Origin: an uncultured Gemmatimonadaceae bacterium
Lineage (GTDB): Bacteria > Gemmatimonadota > Gemmatimonadetes > Gemmatimonadales > Gemmatimonadaceae
DNA: 64,000 nt
Reading direction: 5' to 3'
Assembly (NCBI GenBank): GCA_963761305.1
Contig: CAVXGK010000002.1
Span: 320,001 to 384,000, forward strand
Shown: positions 10,700 through 19,688 of the stretch, in pieces
How the letters are laid out: the number at the start of each line of letters is the position of its first letter
Numbering within the stretch: the stretch's first letter is position 1
Program-made: the position numbers and the translations under genes
Notes under the pieces: generated by a model
What the model was told of the DNA's origin: nothing
What the model saw: only the letters and a program-made list of their open reading frames with translations
Databases searched by the model: none

Positions 10700-11520
10700 C
10701 AACCATGGTTCGACAGGCGACTTCGTCCTGCGACCGCTGCATCCCCGCGCTCCTCGGCTCCATGGTCCTGGGCACAGGGTCGATTGCGGCGACCGGAAGG
10801 CTGATCGAATCGCATGACGGCGGCTTGAGACTGGGGTGCCGGCGATTGTTGCGGCACGTGCGCGCATTCGACGCGGGTCCGCCGCCCTTACGCCTCCTGG
10901 GCGGCGGGAACGGTACGCACTCGCTCGGCTATCACCCGAAGACGCTGCGGATCTCGCGCGGCCGTTCTGACTTTCTTACGTCAAACGGCGACTTGGCAGC
11001 GGGCCGCTCGAGTTTTCTGCTCGTGGGCTCCTTTTAATGCCCGGCGAACGTGCTCTTCGCGCGGCGGTCGAGCCTCTTCGGATGGACGGAGCCCACGATC
11101 CATCCGACGAAAGGCCCTCATTGACAGACCGCCGCCCACAGCGACTCGGGCGGCGTCCACTTGAGTGAAGCGATCTCCGTTCTTCAGCGACGGTCCTCTC
11201 GCGACACAGGCCGCGCGTTGCGTCTCACGTTCCCGCGTCGACTCGATACCGCGCCGAGCCTTCGTGCGTACGAGGAGCGCACCGTGTTCCGTGCCTCACG
11301 GACAAATCGTCACGCCGAAGGGGCTGCGCGCCACGGTATGGCACCGCGCTGTCAGGTCCGGCGAACGCCGGGCCCCGCCCGGACCTTCCGAGGCCACGCT
11401 GCGCGCTGCATCTTCACGGACCGCCAACGCCGCCCACCTTCAGTCAGCGCATTCCCACGCAGACGACGACCGGCGCAACGCGCGGGGGAGAGGGCCATCG
11501 CCGTCGCGCGACGCGATGCA
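10700..11520. ncRNA. Candidate large structured non-coding RNA (family not recognised)
   Basis: About 990 bp between real CDSs with many local inverted repeats and an 11-nt loop-to-upstream complementarity (11021-11031 with 11088-11098). Boundaries and strand are uncertain. Confidence 0.45.
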
Positions 11521-11614
11521 CGAGCTGAGTCGAATCGAACACGGCGACACGGAGCCGGCGCACGGGGCACCGACGCACGAACACGACACAGTCCGCACCA
11601 CCACGCACCGACTC

Positions 11615-12343
11615 ATGACTGAACGCCAACTTCGAGAGCTCGCCTCCGTCACCAGAACCCGGGTGTTTCTGACTCGTCGCCCGCGATTGTCTTCCGAGCT
11701 CGCGCTGATCGCGAAAACGCTGGTCCAGCTCGAGAAGCGCATCGCCGCCTTGATGGTGACCGAGCAAATGCGCTACGCGCCGGATTCCGTCGCGACCGTT
11801 GGCCGTCAGGCGAACCTTCTGCGCGAGAGGCACATGATCCCCCTGGCCCGCCGAGGGAGGTTGCTGTTTCGCGGCGAACCGCGGCTCGAACGGGCGCTCC
11901 GGGTTCCGCACAAGCGCGCGCCGGTCGGCGATGTCCTCACTGCCGCGCGGCAAATGATCACCGCCATCGCGCCGCACAAGCGCCTGTTTGTCGCTGCCGG
12001 CGCGTCGAACGCGTTCCTGGCCGACTTCCGCTCCGCTGTCACGCGTCTCGCCACGAGTGTCAAAGCCGAGGCGCGATTCAAATCGGTCGTTCCGGGCGCC
12101 CGCGCCGAGTTGAGACGCCTGCTCGCCCTCGCCCGCGCCGAAGTCCGGGTCGCAACCAGTCTCGTTCCCGTCTGGATTGAAACCCTCGACATCAGGGAGC
12201 AAGCCGGTCTGGCGGCCGCGTGGCGCGCTGCCCACCGGATCAACGCGCGGCTCGGCCGACCGAGCGCCCGCCGTGTCGAGCACCGCAAGAAACGCGAATT
12301 GCGCTTGCCTGTCTCCGGTTCAGCCGCGCCGCTCGAACCGTAG
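11615..12343 (+). CDS. Hypothetical basic protein, about 242 aa, probably mostly alpha-helical
   Basis: C-terminal part of the 11165 ORF from ATG 11615 (MTERQLRELAS...) reads as amphipathic helices; the upstream in-frame part looks non-coding; the 3' end overlaps the thrC 3' end. Confidence 0.7.
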   Translation: MTERQLRELASVTRTRVFLTRRPRLSSELALIAKTLVQLEKRIAALMVTEQMRYAPDSVATVGRQANLLRERHMIPLARRGRLLFRGEPRLERALRVPHKRAPVGDVLTAARQMITAIAPHKRLFVAAGASNAFLADFRSAVTRLATSVKAEARFKSVVPGARAELRRLLALARAEVRVATSLVPVWIETLDIREQAGLAAAWRAAHRINARLGRPSARRVEHRKKRELRLPVSGSAAPLEP

Positions 12344-13618
12344 AACGCGCGCTACCTCGGACACCCGCGCCTCGATCTCGATCGGCGGATTGGCCAGGGG
12401 CCGGCGCGGATCGGTCGCGCGGTGATAGTCCGTCACGGCGTCCGGATCCTTGAGCACGTGGCCCGTGAGCACGGCGCACACGCGGTCCGACGCGGTGATC
12501 ACGCCCGATTTTCGCAGCTTCGCCACGCCGGCGACGCTCGCGGCGCTGGCGGGTTCGCAGCCGATGCCGGCGGCGTCGATCACCGCCTTCGCCTCGAGAA
12601 TGTCCGCGTCGGTCACTGACGTCACGACGCCGTTCGTCTCGCGGATCGCCCGCACGGCGCGATTCCACGACGCCGGAGCGCCGATGCGAATCGCCGTCGC
12701 CACCGTCTCCGGTTCGACCGTGACGCGCTCGACGAACTCACGCGCGAAGCTCCGTGCGAACGGTGCCGCGCCGTCCGCCTGCACGGCGCACAGCCGCGGC
12801 ACGCGGTCGATCAGCCCGACCTCGCGTGCTTCGCGTAACGCTTTCCCGAACGCCGACGTGTTGCCGAGGTTACCGGCCGGCAACGCGATCCAATCGGGCG
12901 CGTTCCAGCCCAGTTGCTCGAGCAGCTCGAAGACGATCGTCTTCTGTCCCTCGATCCGAAACGGATTCACCGAATTGAGAAGTTGAATGCCCAGCTCCGC
13001 GCTCGCCGTTCGCGCGAGCGTGAGGCAGGCGTCGAAGCTCCCGCGCACGAAGAGCGTGCGTGCGCCGTAGGCGATCGTCTGGGCGAGTTTTCCGGACGCC
13101 ACTTTGCCCGTGGGCACGAAAACGAGCGCCGGCAACTCGGCGCGTGCCGCGTACGCGGCGAGTGACGCCGACGTGTTGCCGGTCGACGCACACGCCACGG
13201 CGCGCGCGCCGGTTCGTCGGGCTTGCGTGATCGCGACCGTCATGCCGCGATCCTTGAACGAACCGGTGGGATTGTGTCCCTCGTGCTTGATGAGCAGATG
13301 GTCCGCGCGATCGAAGCCGGCCCATGTCGCGACGGCACCACTCTCGAGCAGCGGCGTGTTTCCTTCGGGATGGGTCACGACGTCGCTCGGACTCGCCGAC
13401 GGCAGCACCAGCTCGCGGTAGCGCCACACGCCCGACGCGTCGCGGCCGCGCACGGCGCGCCGCCGGTCGGCGAACAGCGTACGAAGCTCCGTGGCGAAGC
13501 TCGGCGGCGAATGGTGCAGCTCGAGCAAGCCACCGCACGAAGGACACGCGCCGATCGGATCCAGCTCGCCGATCGTGGCGCCGCATGTTTCGCAAACTTG
13601 AACGCTCGGGAACGTCAC
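12320..13618 (-). CDS. thrC: Threonine synthase (with N-terminal CxxC..CxxC)
   Basis: EGNTPL, NPTGSFKDRG (PLP lysine), CASTGNTSAS, PAGNLGN, TAIRIG, EPASA. Confidence 0.92.
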   Translation of the reverse strand: MTFPSVQVCETCGATIGELDPIGACPSCGGLLELHHSPPSFATELRTLFADRRRAVRGRDASGVWRYRELVLPSASPSDVVTHPEGNTPLLESGAVATWAGFDRADHLLIKHEGHNPTGSFKDRGMTVAITQARRTGARAVACASTGNTSASLAAYAARAELPALVFVPTGKVASGKLAQTIAYGARTLFVRGSFDACLTLARTASAELGIQLLNSVNPFRIEGQKTIVFELLEQLGWNAPDWIALPAGNLGNTSAFGKALREAREVGLIDRVPRLCAVQADGAAPFARSFAREFVERVTVEPETVATAIRIGAPASWNRAVRAIRETNGVVTSVTDADILEAKAVIDAAGIGCEPASAASVAGVAKLRKSGVITASDRVCAVLTGHVLKDPDAVTDYHRATDPRRPLANPPIEIEARVSEVARVLRFERRG

Positions 13619-14574
13619 GCCGGCTCCACGATGTGGGCGCCGCGTTCGTCCACCGACGCAACGCGGCCCTCGGCCTCGACGCCGTTCGCGCCGAACGCGG
13701 CGAGCATGGCCCGGAGCGCGGTCTGGGCGGTCGCCTCGCCGTCGGTGAGCGCGAAGATCGACGGCCCCGCGCCGGAGATCGAGCAGCCGAGTGCGCCCGC
13801 GTCGAGCGCGGCTTGCTTGACGGCGTGAAATCCGGGAATCAGCGCCGCGCGAACGGGCTCGGCGATTCGATCGTCGACGGCGCCGCGCAGAATCGCGGGA
13901 TCATCCATGCAGAGTGCGGCGACCATCGTGGCGACGGCGGCTGCCTGCGCGAGCGCCGTCGCGCGATCGACGCTGTCGGGGAGAAGCTGCCGCGCACGTT
14001 GTGTGGCGAGCGCGAGATTCGGTCGCGCGATCGCGAAGCGCAGCCACGCCGGCACCGGTACGCGAACGAACTCGAGCGGATCGACGTGGCGAATCAGCAG
14101 AATCCCGCCGAGCAGACTCGGCGCGATGTTGTCGACATGACGACCGGCGACGTGCTCTTCAGCGGCGAGTGCGGCGCGCACGAGCGCGCGATCATCGAGC
14201 GGACGGCCGAGCAGCGCGTTCGTCGCGAGCGCACCGGCGACGGCTGAAGCGGCGCTGCCGCCTTGCCCTCCGGCGAGCGGCAATCCTTTCTCGACCCGCA
14301 GGGTCACCCCGATCGACGTTCGTCCGGCAAGCCGCAACACCTCTTGCGCGGCGAGTCCACTCGCGTGGCGCGCCGCGTCGCGCGGGAGCTCGGGATGACC
14401 GGGCTCTTCGATTGACACGCCCGGCGGTCCGTCGAGACGCGCTTCGACCGAGTCACCGGGTCCAGTAAGCGCGCAGCCGAGGATATCGAGGCCGGGACCG
14501 ATGTTACCGATGCCGCCGGGGGCGAACGCGCGCGATCTGACCTGCATCTGAGCACCGACGAAAGAGGATTTCAT
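13615..14574 (-). CDS. thrB: Homoserine kinase (GHMP family)
   Basis: GNIGPGLDILG, PLAGGQGGSAAS, HVDNIAP, ISGAGPS; coupled to thrC; start may be 14547. Confidence 0.9.
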   Translation of the reverse strand: MKSSFVGAQMQVRSRAFAPGGIGNIGPGLDILGCALTGPGDSVEARLDGPPGVSIEEPGHPELPRDAARHASGLAAQEVLRLAGRTSIGVTLRVEKGLPLAGGQGGSAASAVAGALATNALLGRPLDDRALVRAALAAEEHVAGRHVDNIAPSLLGGILLIRHVDPLEFVRVPVPAWLRFAIARPNLALATQRARQLLPDSVDRATALAQAAAVATMVAALCMDDPAILRGAVDDRIAEPVRAALIPGFHAVKQAALDAGALGCSISGAGPSIFALTDGEATAQTALRAMLAAFGANGVEAEGRVASVDERGAHIVEPA

Positions 14575-14747
14575 CGAGGATCGGTTGGATCAGCGGTCAA
14601 AATCGACGTCGGAATCAGTGGGAGCAAGCGGATTCGGTGGAATACTGAACCTGTATACCATTTGGCCGCCCGTTGGGAAGATGCGGTGCGGGACGAGGCG
14701 ACGCGATTGGATAAAGTTTGCACTTCGTTAACTCGCTTACTTCTCTC

Positions 14748-14775
14748 TTGACAACGGTTTCCAGATGGTGATACT
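14748..14775 (+). promoter_or_regulatory. Putative sigma-70 promoter for the first susC
   Basis: TTGACA (14748-14753), 16 nt spacer, GATACT (14770-14775), in an AT-richer divergent intergenic region. Confidence 0.55.
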
Positions 14776-14915
14776 CCGCCGCTCGATGTGACGGAACGGC
14801 TCGGACCTGAGTTGAACCCCCGTACACGTGTAAACGTGAACGGGCTCACCGTACGGGCCTTCACGTCTTCTGACGGTAGCACACCCACCTCACCCACCTC
14901 GTCGGAGGCGTCTCA

Positions 14916-17900
14916 GTGCGACGCGCAACACTCGCATCGCTCGTGGCAAGTCTCGCAATCGTGCCGGCCCTCGCGGCCGCGCAGACGCGCGAGATCACGG
15001 GCAAAGTAACGCAGACCGGGGTCGGAACACCGATCACCGAAGCCACCATCGGAATTCTCGGTGCGCAGCAAGGTGTCCGAACCAACGAGCGCGGTGAATA
15101 CCGCATTCGAGTTCCTTCGGGCGACATTCAAATTCTCGTTCGCGCAATCGGATTCAAGCGACAGACTCGTTTGATTCCGTCCGCCACGAGCACCGCCGAC
15201 TTCGATCTCGAGAAGGACGTCCTGCAGCTCGAGGGCGTGACGGTCACCGGTCAAGCGACCACTGTGGATCGCCGCAACGCGTCGACCGCGATCGCGTCGG
15301 TCTCCGCCGACGAGCTCGTCGTCGCGCCGGCCAAGTCGCTCGAGGGCAATCTCGCCGGCAAGGTCGTGGGCGCGTCCATCTTCGAGAACTCCGGCGTGCC
15401 GGGCGGCGGCATGCAGATTCAAATCCGCGGCGCCACGTCGATTCTCGGCGCGGGCGATCCGCTCTACGTCGTCGACGGCGTGATCGTGTCGAACGCGTCG
15501 CTCGCCGGCGGCCTTTCGTCGATCTCGCGCTCGAGCGGTTCGACGACGTCGACGCAAGACCAGACGGTCAACCGCCTCGCCGACATCAACCCGAACGACA
15601 TCGAGAACATCGAAGTTCTCAAGTCGGCGGCGGCGTCGGCCATCTACGGCTCGCGCGCCACGAACGGGGTCGTCGTCATCACGACGAAGAAGGGACGCGC
15701 CGGCACCACGCGCTACAACGTGACCCAGCGCATGGGCTCCGAGCAGGCGACCCGCCTCCTCGGCTCGCGACATTTCAACAGCTACGCCGACGTAATCTCG
15801 ACGGGCGATGCGACGTCTCCCCACGCCGACTCGATCGCCAAGGCGAACTGCACGCCGGCCTGCCCGTGGTACGATTGGCAAGGCCAACTCTACAACGCGC
15901 ACACGCCGTCCTTCGAGACGCTCATGTCGTCGTCGGGCGGGTTCAACAACACGAAGTTCTTCGCCTCGGTCAACGACCGTCAGACGCCGGGCGTCGAGCA
16001 GAATACGGGTGCCCGCCTGACCTCCGGCCGATTGAACCTCGATCAGACGATCGGCGAGAAAGTCACCGTCAGCGGCGGCGTCGACGTGTCGCACGACTTC
16101 ACGCACGACGGCATCGGCAACAACGACAACGCCGGCATCAGCCCGATCTACACCTTCGGCTACGCGCCGGCGATCTACAATCTGAACGCCATCGATCCGG
16201 TGACCGGCCGGCCGATCTCGATGTGGATGAACGGCGGCGGCAACGGCACGTCCAATCCGTTCGACGTCGTTCACAACATTCTCAACGCCGAAGACACGTG
16301 GCGCCAGATCGGCAACGTTCGTGTGGATTACGCGGCGTTTTCGTCGGTACACAACACGGTCGAACTCCACTACCTCGGCGGCGTGGACCGGTTCCAATTC
16401 ACGGGCAACCAGTACTCGCCGAACTACCTCCAGTTCGAGGGGGCCGACGGATTCCTCGGCACGTCGCAGATCAATACGAGCGAGAGCGTCGGCGTCAACC
16501 AGAGCGTGAATGGCGTCTGGACGTTCAGCCCGAACCTCAAGTATTTCAACTCGGCGCAGACGTCGGTGGGTCTCGCCTACGGCACGTCGCACCTCCGTCA
16601 GTATCTCGTTCGCATGGAAGGCCTCACGCCCACGCGTCAGGTGGCGACGAACGGCGCCGCCATCGCGACGAGCGATCAGGTCACGGATTTCCGCGACCAG
16701 GGCCACTACATCAACGAGCAGGTCATCGCGCTCGACGAGAAGCTCGCCCTCTCGGCCGGCGTCCGCGACGACCGCGGCAGCGCCAACGGCGATCGCAGCA
16801 AGTACTACCCGTTCCCGAAGTACTCGGCGAGCTATCGCTTCACCGAGCCGCTCAGCTTCGTTACGAACAAGATCGACGAGATCAAGTTCCGCGCGTCATA
16901 TGGCCAGTCGGGCAACCGCCCGAACTACGGCGTCCGCGACATCACGATCGCCAGCGGCGGCGTGATCGGTGGCGCCAGCACGCTGGTCGCGTCGGGCACG
17001 GTCGGCAATCCCGCGATCAAGCCCGAAGTCATGAACGAGGCCGAATTCGGCGTCGACGGCGCATTGTTCCACGGCCGTGTGTCGTTCGAGGCGAGCCGCT
17101 ACAACCGCATCATCAAGGACCTCCTCGTCACCTTCCCGCTCGCCCCGAGTTCCGGCTTGGGTACCGAGACAGTGAACGGTGGAACGATGTCGTCCCGCGG
17201 CTTCGAGGCGGGTCTGAGCATTGTGCCGATCAGCACCCGCGACATGGAGTGGACGTTCCGCACGACGTACCAGCACAACGTCGAGTACATCGACAAGTTG
17301 ACCGTTCCGCCGTTCGCGGCGCCGGGCGGCTCCTTCGGTGTGAGCTACGGCCGCAACCGTATCGTGCAGGGCATGCGCCCGACGCTCATCTGGGGCAACG
17401 TGCCGTTCACGTGCGTGAACTCGACGGACGCCAGCGGCCACCTCGTGGTCAATAAGGGCTCCGACGGTCTGGCGTGCCACCGCGAGTACCCCGGCCAGAC
17501 GTTGATCGCCGGCTCGGTGACGCGCGACTCGGTCATCGCCGACGCCGCACCGCTCGGTCAGACGTCGTTCCTCAACACGTTCCGGTGGAAGGCGCTCACA
17601 CTGACCGCGCTGTTCGATTGGCGCGTGGCGGGCTACACGTCCGACATGACGAAGAACCTGTTCGACGAAGGCGGCAACTCGCGTGATTTTCAAAACGCAG
17701 CGCCGGCGGGGACCACCGTGGGGGCCTGCTCGACCACGAGCAACTCCTCCGGACAGTGCCTCGGTGCCTTCCGCTACAACACGTGGAACGCCGGCGACAT
17801 CGCGACCTATATCGATCCGGGCACGTTCGTGAAGCTGCGCGAGCTCAACCTCTCCGTCCAGGCGCCGAAGCACTGGGCGACCCTGGCGCGCGCGAACGAC

Positions 17901-18065
17901 ATGCGCATCTCCGTTCAGGCTCGCAACCTCTTCATGTGGTCCAACTATTGGAGCTTCGACCCCGAGTTTAACAACTTCGGCAACCAGAACTTCAACCGCT
18001 TCATCGACCTCGCTCCGTATCCCAGCAACCGGCAGTTCTTCTTCAGCGTCGACCTGGGGTACTAA
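14916..18065 (+). CDS. SusC/RagA-family TonB-dependent outer membrane receptor
   Basis: Signal peptide, N-terminal carboxypeptidase-regulatory-like domain, plug motifs IRGATS, PLYVVDG, DINPNDIENIEVLKSAAASAIYGSRATNGVVVITTK, C-terminal aromatic residue. Confidence 0.93.
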   Translation: MRRATLASLVASLAIVPALAAAQTREITGKVTQTGVGTPITEATIGILGAQQGVRTNERGEYRIRVPSGDIQILVRAIGFKRQTRLIPSATSTADFDLEKDVLQLEGVTVTGQATTVDRRNASTAIASVSADELVVAPAKSLEGNLAGKVVGASIFENSGVPGGGMQIQIRGATSILGAGDPLYVVDGVIVSNASLAGGLSSISRSSGSTTSTQDQTVNRLADINPNDIENIEVLKSAAASAIYGSRATNGVVVITTKKGRAGTTRYNVTQRMGSEQATRLLGSRHFNSYADVISTGDATSPHADSIAKANCTPACPWYDWQGQLYNAHTPSFETLMSSSGGFNNTKFFASVNDRQTPGVEQNTGARLTSGRLNLDQTIGEKVTVSGGVDVSHDFTHDGIGNNDNAGISPIYTFGYAPAIYNLNAIDPVTGRPISMWMNGGGNGTSNPFDVVHNILNAEDTWRQIGNVRVDYAAFSSVHNTVELHYLGGVDRFQFTGNQYSPNYLQFEGADGFLGTSQINTSESVGVNQSVNGVWTFSPNLKYFNSAQTSVGLAYGTSHLRQYLVRMEGLTPTRQVATNGAAIATSDQVTDFRDQGHYINEQVIALDEKLALSAGVRDDRGSANGDRSKYYPFPKYSASYRFTEPLSFVTNKIDEIKFRASYGQSGNRPNYGVRDITIASGGVIGGASTLVASGTVGNPAIKPEVMNEAEFGVDGALFHGRVSFEASRYNRIIKDLLVTFPLAPSSGLGTETVNGGTMSSRGFEAGLSIVPISTRDMEWTFRTTYQHNVEYIDKLTVPPFAAPGGSFGVSYGRNRIVQGMRPTLIWGNVPFTCVNSTDASGHLVVNKGSDGLACHREYPGQTLIAGSVTRDSVIADAAPLGQTSFLNTFRWKALTLTALFDWRVAGYTSDMTKNLFDEGGNSRDFQNAAPAGTTVGACSTTSNSSGQCLGAFRYNTWNAGDIATYIDPGTFVKLRELNLSVQAPKHWATLARANDMRISVQARNLFMWSNYWSFDPEFNNFGNQNFNRFIDLAPYPSNRQFFFSVDLGY

Positions 18066-18068
18066 GCC

Positions 18069-19553
18069 ATGACTCATACACAGATGCGACACCTCATCGC
18101 CGCTGCCGCGTGCGCGGCGGCCCTGACGGCCTGTTCGGAGAAAGACATCAACATCAACAATCCGAATAGCGCCATCGCGAGCGCCGCGGCGTCCGATCCG
18201 ACGGCGCTGCAACTCCTCGCCACCGGCCTCCTGACCGACCAGCGCGGCACGCGCGCCGGCTTGATCCAAAACGCCGCCATCCTCGGCCGCGAGGCGTACA
18301 ACCTCACACCGCAGGAAGGTCGCAACACGACGAACTTCCTCTTGGGAATCACGGTCAACGGAAAGCAGGAGCTCGACCCGGCCGGCTTCGCCAACGGATC
18401 GTGGGGCGCCGAGTTCGGCGCCATTCGCGACATCTACAATTTCAAGAACACCGTCGCCGCCAGCGCGCGCAACGCGGCGGACAAGGGCGCGGCGATCGCG
18501 TTCGCCGAGACGCTCGAAGCCTTGATGCAGTTCGAGGTCTTACAGACGCGCGACTCGCTCGGCACGATCACCGAGATGAAGGCCAACCCGTTTGATCTCG
18601 CGACGTTCGTCAGTCGGGATTCCGGGTACAAGTACGCGCTGGCGATGCTCGACGACGCCGCGGCGAAGTTGGCCGCGGCCGGTCCGGCGTTCCCGTTCAC
18701 GCTCGCTCCGGGCTTTGGAACGGCCGTGGCCGGCCAGGATTTCACCACCACCGCGGGCTTCTTGCAGTTCAACCGCGCCCTCAAGGCTCGTATCGCGGTG
18801 AACTATGGTTCGCTCGGCGGCGGCTCGGCCGCATTCCAGGCCGCGCTCACCGCACTCGGTCAGTCGTTCCTCAACGCCGCCGCGACGTCCCGCTCCGCGC
18901 TCGACGTTGGTGTGTACGACACGTATGCGCCGTCGCCGGACTCGCCGAATGGGCTGACGCAGCAGACGAATACCAACCTGTACGCGCACACGTCGATTCA
19001 GACGGATGCGCAACTTCAGGCGAGTGGTCAGCCCGACGCGCGGTACCTGGCGAAGATTCGGACGGGTCTCCCCTCGCGCACCGGGCCGACGGCGAACGGT
19101 GGGCCGACGAGCGGCACGTCGACGCTCGGTTTCTCCATCTGGCCCACGCAGTCGTCTCCGATTCCGATCATCCGCAACGAAGAGCTCATCCTTCTTCGCG
19201 CGGAAGCCAAGTTCGGCACGGGTGACAAGGCCGGCGCCATTGCCGACCTGAACCTCGTGCGCGTGAACTCGGGCGCCCTGCCGGCGCTCACGCTCACGGC
19301 GGCTTCGCCGGATTCGGCGGTGATCTCGGCGATTCTCTATGAGAAGCGACTCTCGCTCCTTATGGAGGGCGATCGCTGGTCCGACGTTCGCCGCTACGGC
19401 CGTCTGAGCACGTTGCCGCTCGACATTCCCTCGGGACCGAACCAGAACTTCGTGGCGAAGGTGATGCCAGTTCCGCAGGCCGAATGCTTGAACCGCCTGA
19501 CCCTCGGCGGCGCGTTCGTCGGCCCGAGCGGATTGAACGACTGCATACCGTGA
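18069..19553 (+). CDS. SusD/RagB-family lipoprotein
   Basis: Lipobox LTAC; PIIRNEELILLRAEA, LYEKRLSLLMEGDRWSDVRRYG. Confidence 0.9.
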   Translation: MTHTQMRHLIAAAACAAALTACSEKDININNPNSAIASAAASDPTALQLLATGLLTDQRGTRAGLIQNAAILGREAYNLTPQEGRNTTNFLLGITVNGKQELDPAGFANGSWGAEFGAIRDIYNFKNTVAASARNAADKGAAIAFAETLEALMQFEVLQTRDSLGTITEMKANPFDLATFVSRDSGYKYALAMLDDAAAKLAAAGPAFPFTLAPGFGTAVAGQDFTTTAGFLQFNRALKARIAVNYGSLGGGSAAFQAALTALGQSFLNAAATSRSALDVGVYDTYAPSPDSPNGLTQQTNTNLYAHTSIQTDAQLQASGQPDARYLAKIRTGLPSRTGPTANGGPTSGTSTLGFSIWPTQSSPIPIIRNEELILLRAEAKFGTGDKAGAIADLNLVRVNSGALPALTLTAASPDSAVISAILYEKRLSLLMEGDRWSDVRRYGRLSTLPLDIPSGPNQNFVAKVMPVPQAECLNRLTLGGAFVGPSGLNDCIP

Positions 19554-19602
19554 TCTTGGCGGTCGTAATGTGACGGTGGGATCGTGCAACAGATCGCAAA
19601 CG

Positions 19603-19653
19603 GAAGCCGGCGATCGGGGTAGTCCCCGGTCTCCGGCTTCTGTGTTCGTCTTT
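19603..19653 (+). terminator. Probable intrinsic terminator after susD
   Basis: GAAGCCGG-c-GATCGGGG-tagt-CCCCGGTC-t-CCGGCTTC stem followed by a T-rich tail. Confidence 0.65.
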
Positions 19654-19688
19654 AGCTTTCCAAGAGTCGCTTTGCCCCGGCTGGTGCC

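Noticed and set aside
11121..11150. Perfect TTGACA as a sigma-70 -35 box
   Set aside because: No recognisable -10 element 16-18 nt downstream
10700..11520. tmRNA, RNase P, cobalamin or lysine riboswitch, twister or hammerhead identity for the structured region
   Set aside because: Diagnostic motifs (tRNA-like CCA end, GAGGAAAGUCC, B12 box, CUGANGA/GAAA core) not found by eye on either strand; cmscan still needed
11165..11614. N-terminal 150 codons of the 392-aa ORF, and other ORFs in 10522-11742
   Set aside because: Composition looks like translated non-coding GC-rich DNA; the protein-like sequence begins at ATG 11615
10628..12343. IS or transposon call for the RNA+protein cassette
   Set aside because: No terminal inverted repeats, target-site duplication or DDE/HUH/recombinase motif visible
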